A stretch of 46,467 bases of DNA from an uncultured Gammaproteobacteria bacterium (lineage in GTDB: Bacteria > Patescibacteriota > Patescibacteriia > Magasanikbacterales > JBBTXJ01), in contig CAZSVL010000007.1 in NCBI GenBank assembly GCA_964610305.1, positions 7,742 through 54,208 on the forward strand. Reading direction: 5' to 3'. Numbering within the stretch: the stretch's first letter is position 1; each line of letters starts with the position of its first letter. The translations under genes were made by a program, and so were the position numbers. The notes beneath the pieces were generated by a model that did no database searches, had not been told where the DNA came from, and was given only the letters and a program-made list of their open reading frames with translations. Positions 45,266-46,467 of this stretch are shown here, piece after piece.

Positions 45266-46255
45266 TTATTTCCAGGTGTGATTATCAAAAGCCCAACTGG
45301 CAAGATCTCTGGCCTCTGTGAATCGGGATAAATGCTCAGATGACCCCAAAACAAGCACCCAAAGCTTATTCCCATTCTCATTTTCAACTTCTGTAATAAA
45401 ATGAAAGCCGCTCTCTGGCAAATAGCCGGTCTTAGAAGGGCCTATCTTAGAAAAAACATGCTGTACCTCTTCGTGGAGCGCATTAGTGCTTTCCACGGCC
45501 CTTTTTGACCCATCCTCTGTCTCCACAACAAACAACGGCGTTCCCAGAGCTTCTTTTACAATTGGCCTTTCAAGCGCTTTAGAGTACATTGTCATTATTT
45601 CCCGTGCGGTTGCCTTGTTGTCAACAGAAAGCCCGGCGGCATCACCAATCTGAACCCTAGATAATCCTAAATCTTGCAACTTCAGACGCATTTTAGCAGG
45701 AAAAGATGCACTGGAGGATGGCTTGATCTGATCAGCAAGCGCGTAAGTGGCCCTGTTAGATGAACCAACCAGACTTCCAAATAATAGATCCCTAAGGCTT
45801 ATGTTATCTCCCTGCAAAAAAAACCTTCTACCCTCAACACCAGCACCCTTGTCTAAAGTTGATGTGGCTGCCCAAAACGGGTAATCATCTGCTGCTGTAA
45901 TTCCGGTTACCAGCTTAGTAAGAGATGCCATAATAATGCGCTCATCTGCGGCCTTCTCATACAAAACACCCTCTGAAAGAGGATCAACAACGAGGGCGCT
46001 CACTGCCGTAATCTCTGGAGCATCGGTTGCGTCTTCATTTCTATGAGCAACAGCCGGGCGTTCTGGTAACTCAAAAACCTCAGAAGGCTCTACTTTCTGC
46101 AAGTGAGGAAAAGCGTTTCCCACAAGTCCTACCCCAGAGAGCACCGATTGCGCCGACACGCTTTTGCCCTGCAACGCTTTCATGCCAACAAGAGTCCATG
46201 CGCCCACCACAGCCACACCAAGCAAAATTCCTAAAACTATTTTTCCAGAATTCAT
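45266..46255 (-). CDS. serine D-Ala-D-Ala carboxypeptidase (peptidase S11)
   Basis: SxxK (ASLTK), SxN (SSN), KTG; N-terminal TM. Confidence 0.9.
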   Translation of the reverse strand: MNSGKIVLGILLGVAVVGAWTLVGMKALQGKSVSAQSVLSGVGLVGNAFPHLQKVEPSEVFELPERPAVAHRNEDATDAPEITAVSALVVDPLSEGVLYEKAADERIIMASLTKLVTGITAADDYPFWAATSTLDKGAGVEGRRFFLQGDNISLRDLLFGSLVGSSNRATYALADQIKPSSSASFPAKMRLKLQDLGLSRVQIGDAAGLSVDNKATAREIMTMYSKALERPIVKEALGTPLFVVETEDGSKRAVESTNALHEEVQHVFSKIGPSKTGYLPESGFHFITEVENENGNKLWVLVLGSSEHLSRFTEARDLASWAFDNHTWK

Positions 46256-46256
46256 A

Positions 46257-46467
46257 TTAATCTTCCAATGCTAATCCTATTTCCGATCTCTGGCTAAGCT
46301 GCTCATAGTCTGGCAATTGATCCACATTTTGGATTCCCAGATGCCTGACAAAATCAAAGCTGGCTTGATACATTGGCACATGCATTTTTTTGTCCATTTT
46401 TTCTGTTATCAAGCCCCGCATCAATAGATTTCTAACAATAAGTGTACAGTTTACGCCCCGAATCATC
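46257..46467 (-). CDS. scpB: SMC-Scp complex subunit ScpB, 3' part (truncated by the window edge)
   Basis: IRGVN....RNLLMRGLI...Y....F..HLG....QLP. Confidence 0.88.
   Translation of the reverse strand, partial: MIRGVNCTLIVRNLLMRGLITEKMDKKMHVPMYQASFDFVRHLGIQNVDQLPDYEQLSQRSEIGLALED

Overview
Bacterial chromosomal window that looks like a Patescibacteria/CPR (Parcubacteria-type) genome. This is inferred from the short Rel protein, a DUF5673-like membrane protein, a PaaX/Cas2-like gene, tRNAs without encoded CCA and frequent palindromic inserts. Core genes: radA, recG, der, pth, dprA, folC, topA, rel, parA/parB, LCP, an S11 carboxypeptidase and partial scpB. Four tRNAs are present: Arg-GCG, Leu-CAA, fMet and a second CAT tRNA. 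Accessory content includes pyrE/pyrF and pyrC/pyrD, a DUF1257/DUF2997/radical-SAM/AAA+ operon, three clan-A glycoside hydrolases, an ABC exporter with a leader-peptide attenuator, and a catalytic-domain-only AsnRS paralogue. The most striking unexplained feature is a ~1.45 kb minus-strand unit (about 43809 to 42357) with no credible ORF. It has its own sigma70 promoter, an intrinsic terminator, and many strand-specific cUUCGg/GNRA hairpins, which makes it a candidate giant structured non-coding RNA. Other notable items: broken tRNA copies studded with hairpins (one carrying a GIY-YIG nuclease), a PaaX/Cas2-like gene bracketed by inverted palindromes, and a ~200 nt structured sRNA candidate. 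All calls were made by eye, with no database searches.
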